Shown in pieces: positions 12,540 to 21,736 of a stretch of 43,833 nucleotides of DNA (its first letter is position 1; every line of letters starts with the position of its first letter). The notes below the pieces were generated by a model. The model worked only from the letters and a program-made list of their open reading frames with translations. It was not told where the DNA came from and ran no database searches. Position numbers and translations under genes: made by a program. Origin of the DNA: Batkoa obscura (Eukaryota); contig JASVEC010000137.1 of assembly GCA_030770535.1 (NCBI GenBank), positions 1 to 43,833 on the forward strand. The letters are read 5' to 3'.

Positions 12540-15056
12540 ATGGTCGACAATGGTCTTGCACCTTATTTTGCGGACTCAAAATACCTTCTTGATAACCGTC
12601 AACAGTTGATCATCACTGAATACGACATGGGTAGTAGTGATGAAGAGGAAGCTAGTGTTCTGACCCCAGAAATAGAAACTGCTGCTTTAAATCAAGCTGC
12701 ACTACCTCCTCACGTTGTAAACTCAGTCGTTACCTACGGAGCTGTCCCTATGCACGTCCTTGATGGTGACCTCTCCGCTTGGAGACAATACCAAAATAGT
12801 GGCTCCAGTACTCAAATCAATTTTCGTGCCCAGTACCAAACGGTACCTACCCTTTCCCACGTTCAACAATATCTAGTAGAGTTCCTGCACAACAAACTCA
12901 TCCAGATGGTTGGTGAACTCGACCGTCTTTCAATTCATAACAATGAATTGTCTACCTCTTTGAGCTCACTTTTAGCTACGGTTAACAACCTTTCCATGAT
13001 CAGTAACCAAAAGAGTGGTGTCATCGCCCCTTCAAATGAACTCCATGTTAGTAAGTTAAATGAGCTCAATCAAAGACTTAATAACACCGTTACCTATGAA
13101 GCCCACAGAGAATTAGTAAGAGAAGTAGGAGATCTCAAAGCTGAATTACGTCAGCTCGATACTGCTCTACATTCTGAACTTGTTAAAATCTCCGATGAGA
13201 TCAACCTTTCCCTCACTGAGATCAATGACCATACTACTGAAAGAATCTCAGATATCGACGGAAAAACAAAAGCCACTTTCGCAGAACTCCATAGATCGCT
13301 AATGAATAAATTCAAAGAGTATAATCACCGCTTATCCTGTATTGAACAATCCCCTCCATCTACTTCAACCAAAGATGCTAGAATCTTGGCTTTAGAACAA
13401 GATTTAGCTGTTTGTAATGAACAAATGGCTCAACAAGTGACTACCATTAGCCAGCTTATCACCTCCAATAATAATTTGAAGGAACAAATTAGACTGGACA
13501 AAGAACAAACAGTAGTTGACTGGGAGGAAATCTCGCGTAACATACAGAGTACCAGAGAAGAGCTCATTCTTCTTCAGACTAAGGTAGCTTCCAATACTAA
13601 CCAAATCAAGGCATCTTCTTGCAATTGTAGAAAGGAGCGTATTGCTGTTTCAGCACCTCCCTCCAGACTCTCGAGTTACAGAGACGTTCCAAGATACAAT
13701 ATATATGATCTGGGTGATAGTGCCACAGAATCTATCTTTGGTACTGAATATCAAATAAACCATAAGTATCATGGTTCTGTTCACTTGGTACAACCGGATG
13801 ATCAAACAAAGAAAGAAGAGAACTCTCCTCAAGTTTCCACATACCTACCCCAATCAAATCCTAGAATGACTGCTGTACCTACTGATGGTATTTACTCAAG
13901 AAATCCTGCTACAGGATCTAACGCTGATCCAATACGACCTCGTGTACAATCTTATGCTGAAGTCAACTTAGCCAATCCTTTTAACAAAAATAAGTCATCA
14001 CATATTGCTCCTCAAATCGCTCAACATATATCCTATGAGAAATCTTCACCTCACTATGTACAAGCCGATCCGATTACTGTTCAACATGATCATGGTATAT
14101 CACACAATACCCATGACGCTTATTTTAGTCATCCTGGACCTTCTGGTAACGATCCAAAATCACATAGCTTCTCAACACACCGCCACAACTACCCAAGAAG
14201 CTCCCAACCTGTTAACACAAAGTTTAATTTTAGTCTTTTATTCAATCCAAGTGAAATTACTGCTACTACCTTCATTAAAGCTCTAGAAGTTCATCTCGAT
14301 GCCAACAACTGGACCTATGAATGTCGTCCTCAATGCCTTTTAGGTCAACTACAAACAAATGAACTTTCTTGGTGCATGACTTTACCTGACGACTTACGCA
14401 GTAATTGGGATTCCTTCAAAAAGGCGTTTATAGACCATTATGATTCCGATGTAAAAATGGAAGCAAAAAAGGCAGCCCTCTTATCTTTACGTTTAGACGA
14501 CGAAAGTAAACTTGAGAGTTTCATTACAAACGTAAGAAATCGTGCTAATGCCTTAATTTCCTGTGGAAAGTTAAGCGTTACAGACCTCCGCCTGGCCTTC
14601 CAGCGAAACCTTCCAAGTCATATCGCATGCCTTTTTCTAGATCCTCATCATAACATCACCAACGTTACACAGATGATAGAGATTTTAGAATTATACCTTG
14701 GAAGTCCAAAAAGTGAAGTTAGACCCAAGAAATTATATGTTAATCACATAGATAAAGGGATGGACAACAACGAATACCTTCATTGTTTTACCATCACTCA
14801 ACAACACTACTCCAACCATCGTAAATCTCGAGTATTTACTGGATGCTGGAACTGTGGTGAATATGGACACATTACCGTTAACTGCACTGAACCAAAGCCA
14901 GAAAATGGTATTTTTAAATATTATTTCGAAAAGAATGTTCGCAACAATGAACGTTTCAATAAAAATAAACAAATAAATCACCTCAATTATAACGATACTG
15001 AAGGCGATGATACTGAGAAGTTTGTCGACTCCGATAACGAGTCAAAAAACTTCTAA
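12540..15056 (+). CDS. gag: Gag (838 aa): long N-terminal coiled coil, capsid-like region, CCHC zinc knuckle
   Basis: CWNCGEYGHITVNC knuckle; W..LPDDLRSNWDSFKKAFIDHY capsid-like segment; first ORF after the PBS. Confidence 0.9.
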   Translation: MVDNGLAPYFADSKYLLDNRQQLIITEYDMGSSDEEEASVLTPEIETAALNQAALPPHVVNSVVTYGAVPMHVLDGDLSAWRQYQNSGSSTQINFRAQYQTVPTLSHVQQYLVEFLHNKLIQMVGELDRLSIHNNELSTSLSSLLATVNNLSMISNQKSGVIAPSNELHVSKLNELNQRLNNTVTYEAHRELVREVGDLKAELRQLDTALHSELVKISDEINLSLTEINDHTTERISDIDGKTKATFAELHRSLMNKFKEYNHRLSCIEQSPPSTSTKDARILALEQDLAVCNEQMAQQVTTISQLITSNNNLKEQIRLDKEQTVVDWEEISRNIQSTREELILLQTKVASNTNQIKASSCNCRKERIAVSAPPSRLSSYRDVPRYNIYDLGDSATESIFGTEYQINHKYHGSVHLVQPDDQTKKEENSPQVSTYLPQSNPRMTAVPTDGIYSRNPATGSNADPIRPRVQSYAEVNLANPFNKNKSSHIAPQIAQHISYEKSSPHYVQADPITVQHDHGISHNTHDAYFSHPGPSGNDPKSHSFSTHRHNYPRSSQPVNTKFNFSLLFNPSEITATTFIKALEVHLDANNWTYECRPQCLLGQLQTNELSWCMTLPDDLRSNWDSFKKAFIDHYDSDVKMEAKKAALLSLRLDDESKLESFITNVRNRANALISCGKLSVTDLRLAFQRNLPSHIACLFLDPHHNITNVTQMIEILELYLGSPKSEVRPKKLYVNHIDKGMDNNEYLHCFTITQQHYSNHRKSRVFTGCWNCGEYGHITVNCTEPKPENGIFKYYFEKNVRNNERFNKNKQINHLNYNDTEGDDTEKFVDSDNESKNF

Positions 15057-15087
15057 GTGGGAGGATAAATGAGGATCCCCCTTCCAC
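15044..15087 (+). promoter_or_regulatory. -1 programmed ribosomal frameshift signal
   Basis: A AAA AAC slippery heptamer in the gag frame, 6-nt spacer, then stem GTGGGAGG/CCTTCCAC. The -1 frame is open from here into pol. Confidence 0.85.
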
Positions 15088-18000
15088 GAAGTTAAAAATT
15101 CCTCCTGATCCAGATGAAAGCACTGGATTAGACCTTAAATTTAATACGCTTTCAAAATTTGACCCCTCTACCCTCATCCTAGCACTTCCTTCGCGAATTC
15201 GTGGTAGACCTAAAAAGAAAAAAGTCCCTGTTGTGGAAATCCCTAAAGTCATTCCACCTCGAATTTTCAAGCTACCTGATAACTCTATTAATGCTCCTGA
15301 TTCGATTCCAATGAACGAGATCTCCAAACCTTACATCTCACAATTATCTGATTTATCTAAACTATCCCTCACACAAAGCGAACTAGATAACACGCATCAG
15401 TGGTTAACCAATGTTACGATCCCAATCCCGCTAGACAAGATCTTAACTGGAGAATCAGACTTAGCAATTGCATTTAGAAAAATTATTAGAGAATACCAGA
15501 ATCCAAATAAACAGATTCTTTTAGTAAACCTCGATGACAAAGCTAACTCCATCGATTGTACTTACATCAATGCGTCAATTTATAAAAAGAATGTACGCAT
15601 CATATTAGATAGTGGAGCTCCTATCAATTTCATATCGAGTCGTCTGGTAAAACGATTATCCTTTAAACCAGATATAGATTGCTCAGACACCTTTGGTACA
15701 GCTGGAACTGGAACTACTACAGCACTAGGAGCATACTCATCAATACCAATCAAATTTGGAAAACTAACCTTAGCCTTTCCAGCAATAGTATTAGAAAGTG
15801 AAGGTTATGACTTCCTCCTAGGCACCGAATTCTTTGTGAAACACGGTTGTCAATTGTTGTACGATCAAAATATCTTAAAAATATTAGATCAATCCATCCC
15901 AATGTACTACAATAAACCAAGAGACCTATCTATCAATATGATAAACAATAAATCTCCTGGCTGCCGTATAATGAACTATCGGACCAACAATAAATTAATT
16001 GATGTCACTCTCTGCGGATCAGAATCCGTAATTCATCAATATCCGGAGATAGCATATAAACAGTCTGGAATTCCCGTTATTTCTCCTAAGAACTTATTAA
16101 TACCGCCTAAGTCACAGATAGTATTAGATACTGAGATCTCACTATGGATACCTAAGGAATTCCATTTATCTATATATAGTATAGAAGGTGTCTCACAATT
16201 AGAACCACTAACTATGCCCGGAATTTTAGGCAACAACATGAATGAGACTATCAAGTTATTACTTGCAAACATTACCAAAAAAGAAATCAATATCTCTAGA
16301 TGCCAACAGATTGGCACGATATACGTAGAAAACAACGCCTTGATTAATACTTTCAGTAAATTTGCAACACTAGAAGAATTTCAAATTCACGAAGAGGCCC
16401 CAAATAACCAAGCCCTTTTTGTGGAAAAAGACACTATTAACCATCTAAACCAAGATGAGCAACTCCAATTTTATAAATTGCTGGAGGAATATAAAGACAT
16501 ATTCGCAACTTCAGAAGAAGATATTGGTTGCGCTCGCAATACTAAACATAAAGTATATACATGTGATTCATTACCCGTCGCAACTAAAGCATATCGTAAA
16601 TCTCAATCTGAACTCAAAGCAGAACGAGAAGAAGTTCAAAAACTCTTAAGGCTAGGTTTAATCATTCCTTCAAATAGTCCATGGGCCTCCCCCCTTATGA
16701 TCGTTAAGAAAAAAGATGGAACTAATAGAGTAGTTATGGACTATAGAAAGCTTAACAAAATCACAAAGAAAGATGTATACCCTCTACCCAGAATAGACGA
16801 TGCGGTTGACCGATTACAAGGTGCTAAATACTTTTCAGCAATGGATTTAATCTCAGGATACTGGCAGGTAGAAATGGATCCAGAAGACCAAGAAAAGTGC
16901 GCTTTAATAACTTCTGAAGGACTATTTCAACCAACTAGGATGCCACAAGGCCTTTCGAACGCTCCCGCTACATTCCAGCGTCTTATGGATAATACACTAG
17001 GTGACCTTAAACTTTCGTGTGTATTAATTTACTTAGATGACTTGAATGTGTTTTCAAGAACTTTTGTAGATCACTTAACTCATCTTAAAGCAGTATTTGA
17101 GCGCCTCCGTCAAGCCAATCTAAAGTTAAAACCAAAGAAGTGTTCATTCTTCCAAACTAGTCTGGAATTTCTAGGCTATAAAGTCTCTGACAAAGGACTA
17201 GCCCCTATTCCAAATAAACTAGATGCAGTAAAGGAGCTTCTCCCCCCAACTACAATGCGGGAGGTACAAGTGTTCCTTGGATTAATGAATTATTATCGAA
17301 GGTTTATAAAAGACTTTTCGAATTTAGCTACCCCACTGTTCCAATTACTAAAGAAAGAAGTCAAGTTTCAATGGAAGGAAGAACACCAACAAGCTTTTGA
17401 AGAGCTTCGCAACAAGCTGCTTAACGCCCCAGTATTGATGTTTCCAAATTTCTCAAAGCCCTTCTCACTACATACTGACGCTAGTCTAACTGCAGTTGGA
17501 GGTGTTTTAAGTCAACTCGATGATAACAATTGTGAACACCCAATAGCCTATACCTCTAGGACCTTGTCGAAACACGAAAGGAACTACACTACAACAGAGA
17601 AAGAATGCCTTGCAATTATTCATGCTATAAAGGCATTTAGACCGTATATCTACGGCACTCACTTTACTGTTATTACCGATCATGTTTCCCTAAAATGGTT
17701 GTATTCAATCACTAATCCTGAAGGACGTTTAGCTAGGTGGGCTCTAAAACTACAATCGTATAGTTTTGATATAGTATATAAACCAGGTAAAGATCATCAA
17801 AATGCAGATGGGCTTAGCAGGTTGCCCAGAATTTGTCTAGCTACCCCCATAGATGATGATTTGTACAATCTATTGGGTAATAAAGATAAATGGCCGCAGC
17901 AGCAGCCTGAACTCAAACAATGGCTTGAGAAAAACGCTCAAAATATCATTGTAAGAGATAATGCCTTGTATAAAAAGATTAAGGGAACATATATTCCATA

Positions 18001-19066
18001 TATTAGGCCTTCTTCACGACTATCTGCATGCCAACAATTCCATGATGTAATCTGTGGACATTCAGCCTTCCAAAAAACATACGATACTATGAAAGTCTCC
18101 TGCTATTGGGAATCAATGATACCAGATTTGGAAGACTTTATAAATAATTGCGATGTTTGCAAGAGGGAACAAAGTAAAATAAAAGCTACAGCCTATAAGT
18201 TTATTTTACCTAAACATGCATTTCACACGGTAAGTATAGATGTAATAGGTCCTCTCTGTGAGGCCTCCTCGGTAAGAGGGAACAAATTTATTGTTGTAGC
18301 TATCGACCATCTAACTAAATGGGTTGAAGCTAAAGCAATACCAAATCAGACTTCCTTTCACATATCTAAATTTATATACGAAGATATTATTTGTAGGCAT
18401 GGAAGCCCTCAGGTGATACTTACTGATAACGCTGCCAATTTTGTTAACCTGGTTCTCCCGAAATTAGCTAGACTAATGGCCATAAAGCATTCTACTGCAG
18501 CTCCATATCACCCTGAAACTAACGGAATGGTTGAGAGAGTAAATGGTACACTAGTACGTATACTAAGGAAGCTGGCTTTCGATAAAACTAGCTCTTGGGA
18601 TGAATATCTACATTCTGCTATTTTAGCATATAGATATTCAGTACATAGTATTACCAAAAAATCCCCTTTTGTTATGCTTTATGGGAGACATCCGGGACTC
18701 CCCATATCATTCGCTCCTTTGATGGTTAGACAAGAAGAGATGAGTCCTGACATGTACTTGCTTAAGCTAACAAAAAAATTAATAGCTATCCAAGTTGACG
18801 CCTTTAATGCATTGACAGACTCGAAAACAAGGAGGTATCGACAAGATATTTCTCGACTTCCTCGTCTAGCCGTCTTCAAAGTAGGTGATATCGTTCATCT
18901 GTACCCTTCCTATAATCAATCTAGAAAAAATAAATTAGCATTGAAATGGGATGGACCATATGAAGTCATACATAAACACTTGTATGATAGCTATTCAATT
19001 AAACATAAACGAACAAGCGTTATATATAACCGAGTCCATGCCAAGTTTCTCAAATCAGCAATGTGA
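15050..19066 (+). CDS. pol: Pol: aspartic protease, dUTPase-like domain, RT, RNase H, integrase (expressed as Gag-Pol fusion)
   Basis: ILDSGA protease; MPQGLSNAPATFQ and YLDD RT; HTDAS...EKECLA RNase H; H-H-C-C zinc finger, D-D-E triad and GPY motif in integrase. The ORF-track start at 15233 is only an internal GTG. Confidence 0.95.
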   Translation, partial: LLSGRINEDPPSTKLKIPPDPDESTGLDLKFNTLSKFDPSTLILALPSRIRGRPKKKKVPVVEIPKVIPPRIFKLPDNSINAPDSIPMNEISKPYISQLSDLSKLSLTQSELDNTHQWLTNVTIPIPLDKILTGESDLAIAFRKIIREYQNPNKQILLVNLDDKANSIDCTYINASIYKKNVRIILDSGAPINFISSRLVKRLSFKPDIDCSDTFGTAGTGTTTALGAYSSIPIKFGKLTLAFPAIVLESEGYDFLLGTEFFVKHGCQLLYDQNILKILDQSIPMYYNKPRDLSINMINNKSPGCRIMNYRTNNKLIDVTLCGSESVIHQYPEIAYKQSGIPVISPKNLLIPPKSQIVLDTEISLWIPKEFHLSIYSIEGVSQLEPLTMPGILGNNMNETIKLLLANITKKEINISRCQQIGTIYVENNALINTFSKFATLEEFQIHEEAPNNQALFVEKDTINHLNQDEQLQFYKLLEEYKDIFATSEEDIGCARNTKHKVYTCDSLPVATKAYRKSQSELKAEREEVQKLLRLGLIIPSNSPWASPLMIVKKKDGTNRVVMDYRKLNKITKKDVYPLPRIDDAVDRLQGAKYFSAMDLISGYWQVEMDPEDQEKCALITSEGLFQPTRMPQGLSNAPATFQRLMDNTLGDLKLSCVLIYLDDLNVFSRTFVDHLTHLKAVFERLRQANLKLKPKKCSFFQTSLEFLGYKVSDKGLAPIPNKLDAVKELLPPTTMREVQVFLGLMNYYRRFIKDFSNLATPLFQLLKKEVKFQWKEEHQQAFEELRNKLLNAPVLMFPNFSKPFSLHTDASLTAVGGVLSQLDDNNCEHPIAYTSRTLSKHERNYTTTEKECLAIIHAIKAFRPYIYGTHFTVITDHVSLKWLYSITNPEGRLARWALKLQSYSFDIVYKPGKDHQNADGLSRLPRICLATPIDDDLYNLLGNKDKWPQQQPELKQWLEKNAQNIIVRDNALYKKIKGTYIPYIRPSSRLSACQQFHDVICGHSAFQKTYDTMKVSCYWESMIPDLEDFINNCDVCKREQSKIKATAYKFILPKHAFHTVSIDVIGPLCEASSVRGNKFIVVAIDHLTKWVEAKAIPNQTSFHISKFIYEDIICRHGSPQVILTDNAANFVNLVLPKLARLMAIKHSTAAPYHPETNGMVERVNGTLVRILRKLAFDKTSSWDEYLHSAILAYRYSVHSITKKSPFVMLYGRHPGLPISFAPLMVRQEEMSPDMYLLKLTKKLIAIQVDAFNALTDSKTRRYRQDISRLPRLAVFKVGDIVHLYPSYNQSRKNKLALKWDGPYEVIHKHLYDSYSIKHKRTSVIYNRVHAKFLKSAM

Positions 19067-19152
19067 TTCAATCAATACAATTTGTAACTAGTCAAATTCC
19101 ATCTCATAGGTTCTCGGTAAGTAAGCCATAAAAATTCACTATATCAAATCAT

Positions 19153-19163
19153 AGGGAGGGAAA
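19153..19163 (+). promoter_or_regulatory. Polypurine tract
   Basis: AGGGAGGGAAA immediately before the 3' LTR. Confidence 0.9.
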
Positions 19164-19563
19164 TGTGAAATATCGCTTCGTCAGTCCCATGGTTAATTAT
19201 TTTGATTTGTTATGAGAATTTCTAGTTCCGCCCAAAAGAATATTATCTTCTCATTTTGATACTTATACTTTTCAGAGTATAAAAGAGTTTACAGAGTATA
19301 ATAGTTCGAGGCTTTTTAACTGAATTAATCCCTGATATCTCGAACATTTAATAAAGCCACTAAGTTTTCTTAATATTATTTTACATAGATTTTACATTAG
19401 TATTGTCTATTCTATTTGTCTTATATAGCTTGTAACCTATTACGTGCTATTCCTCATAATCCAAGTCTATCTTAGTTACATAAACTAAGACCTTTCGACT
19501 TATAGTGTAGTCAACCCAGCAATAGCTGTTCTTGACTCCAAACCCTGAGTACCAGATTTCACA
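19164..19563 (+). repeat. 3' LTR
   Basis: Direct repeat of 12011-12410. Confidence 0.96.
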
Positions 19564-19617
19564 TTATTATTAAATTTAGTTAAACTTTAATACTTTTATT
19601 ACTAAAATTTGATATAT

Positions 19618-19716
19618 GGGGATGTATTTTTGTATTTAAGAATTTTGCTAGCAATTTTTCGATTTAAATAACGCTTAAAAGATGGAAAAAGTAATGAAGC
19701 CAAAAAAAACATCACC
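19618..19716 (+). mobile_element. MITE copy (ATAT TSD)
   Basis: GGGGATGTATTTTT...AAAAACATCACC with ATAT on both sides. Confidence 0.85.
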
Positions 19717-19779
19717 ATATCTTGATATTTATACTTGTAGTTGTAACAAAAAATCATAATCAATAATATGTTTTTATAT

Positions 19780-20128
19780 TGTGAAATTTGGTACTCAGTG
19801 TTTGGAGTCAAAAACAGCTATTACTTGGTTGACTACACTACAAGTCGAAAGGTCTTAGTTTATGTGACTAAGATAGACTTGAGTTATGAAGAATAATATG
19901 TAATAGGCTACAGACTATGTAAAACAAATAGAATAGACAATACTAATGTAAAACCTATGTAAAATACTATTAAGTAAACTTATTGACTTTATTAAATGTT
20001 CGAGATATCGGGGAATAATTCAGTTAAAAAGCCTTAAGCTACTATACTCTGAAAACTCTTTTATACTCTGAAAAGTATAAATATCAAAATGAGATGATAA
20101 TATTCTTTGGGATGGGGCTAGAAATTCT
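19780..20128 (-). mobile_element. Truncated diverged LTR of the same family, inverted
   Basis: TGTGAAATTTGGTACTCAGTGTTTGGAGTC... aligns to the reverse complement of the LTR. It lacks ~50 bp of the LTR 5' end and runs into a MITE terminus. Confidence 0.9.
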
Positions 20129-20261
20129 TAAACACAAAAATACATCCCTATATATTGTTTTTTTATAAGTTGATCTTAATCATTAGAACTAAGAATTTTA
20201 GCTTATCATAAACAGCTGATTAAAAGACTTTTATACCCTTTTATTAAACGCTAAATTAGAA

Positions 20262-20352
20262 ATGTTCCTTTTGTTATCACTTTTTCATTTTTTAACTGCT
20301 ATCTGAGTAGAAAGATTGTTAGTAAAATTCCTAAATAAAAAAATACATTTTT
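20262..20352 (-). mobile_element. Degraded MITE copy, reverse orientation
   Basis: ATCACTTTTTCATTTTTTAA...GAGTAGAAAGATTGTTAGTAAAATTCCTAAATAAAAAAATACAT. Confidence 0.7.
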
Positions 20353-20383
20353 ATTTTATAGTTATTAATAAAATTTAATGAAT

Positions 20384-20480
20384 GGGGATGTAGTTTTGTA
20401 TTTAAGAATTTTACTAACAATTTTTCCACTCAAATAGCGCTTAAAAGATGGAAAAATGCTGAAGCTAAAAAAACATCCCC
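20384..20480 (+). mobile_element. MITE copy
   Basis: Perfect GGGGATGT...ACATCCCC TIR; flanks GAAT/AAAT; 26 bp from the 3' end of tRNA-Asn copy 2. Confidence 0.85.
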
Positions 20481-20506
20481 AAATATTCTATTGGAAAAAT
20501 TGAATA

Positions 20507-20580
20507 CGCTCATAACTGGGATCGAACCAGTAACCTCCCGATTAACAGTCGGACGCGCTAGCCAATTGCGCCATACGAGC
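20507..20580 (-). tRNA. tRNA-Asn (GTT), copy 2
   Basis: Identical to 9725-9798, with unrelated immediate flanks. Confidence 0.96.
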
Positions 20581-20910
20581 CTCTTTAGTTACTGATGCTT
20601 TTAACTGTAAAAAATATATATTCTTATTATATATCATAAGTTCAATAAATGAAACTTGTATTTCATTATTCTGGTTTCCTATATTACACCTTTCTCCATA
20701 CAGCGTTTTATAGATAGTTATAAATATATAATTATAGTCATTCATTATTCTATGATCTTAATAAATGCCATCTATTTTCAATATTCAATAGGTTTTTATT
20801 TATTTGTTATTGTTGATTTTCTATTTATTATTAAGATTTTATTTTTTAACAAATTATTTTATAGATAAAAAAATACTCGAACTAAAATTTAGTTGATAAA
20901 CTTTATTTAA

Positions 20911-21736
20911 TTAAACAGTTTCTTTTTTAATGAAGTCAAGTACTGCATTAATTTTAGTATATACCTAATAAAATCATTAGTAAAGAACAAAACTAAAATA
21001 TTATTAAGCTTACCCCTGGAAAATTAGGCCTACCACATCCCTTACCCCAAGAGGTGATACCAATGATATGGTATTTACCATTGACATTAGTAAATAAAGG
21101 ACCACCCGAATCCCCTTGACAGGTGTCTTTACCTCCTTCTTGAAATCCAGCACATAATTGTACGCTTTTATCCACTTTTCTGGTATTATCAGCATAGGCT
21201 TTAACACATTCATCCACATTAACAATGGGTACATCAGTTTGTAATAATTTTTTAGGAATAGAACCACCTTCAGCAGTAGTGCCCCATCCGATAACATTAA
21301 CTAGCATCTTATCTTTTGCATATAAACCACTTTCATCAAGATAGATACCATTCTCTGAGTTATCATTGGAATCTAACTTCCAAATAGCAATATCATATCT
21401 TTGTTGACCATCATGTAATGGATGAGTAACAATTTGTTTTACCCCCACACGATAACCTTGCTCTTGAGCATCAGTTAAAGTTAAGTTATGACGATGAATT
21501 AGCACTTTAAATTCATTAACTCCACCACCACAGTGACCTGCAGTTATTAAACGGTTTTTACGATATAAAGTACCTTGACAACTTAATCCTCCATTGCGAT
21601 AGATAACAGCTGCAAAAGGATATTTAAAAGCTGGGGTTACTTCGTAGCCACCTATGATTCGACCATCACCATTGATACCACAGTGGGCAGTGCTGGTGAG
21701 TAAAGTGAGTAAAAAAGTTAAACTGAAGAATTGCAT
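20911..21736 (-). CDS. Secreted trypsin-like serine protease (S1A), exons 21736-21014 and 20964-20911
   Basis: Signal peptide, R|IIGG activation site, TAGHC / YDIA / GDSGGP triad, Asp in KDTC (trypsin specificity). A short intron gives FPG/VYTKINAVLDFIKKETV*. Confidence 0.95.

Larger units (their letters stand above)
12011..19563 (+). mobile_element. Intact Ty3/gypsy (Metaviridae) LTR retrotransposon
   Basis: Two 400-bp TG...CA LTRs, 4-bp TSD TTAT (12007-12010 and 19564-19567), PBS, PPT, gag, and pol in PR-RT-RH-IN order. Confidence 0.97.

Noticed and set aside
14983..15327. 114-aa antisense ORF across the gag-pol junction, and other antisense ORFs in the element
   Set aside because: No motifs; best explained as shadows of the coding strand.
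18860..19152. Chromodomain or env-like third ORF
   Set aside because: The integrase ends shortly after the GPY/SH3-like segment, and only ~85 bp separate the stop from the PPT.
19602..20868. Short ORFs 19602-19811, 20542-20745, 20656-20868
   Set aside because: They overlap a MITE, an LTR relic or a tRNA gene, or are low-complexity AT-rich sequence.
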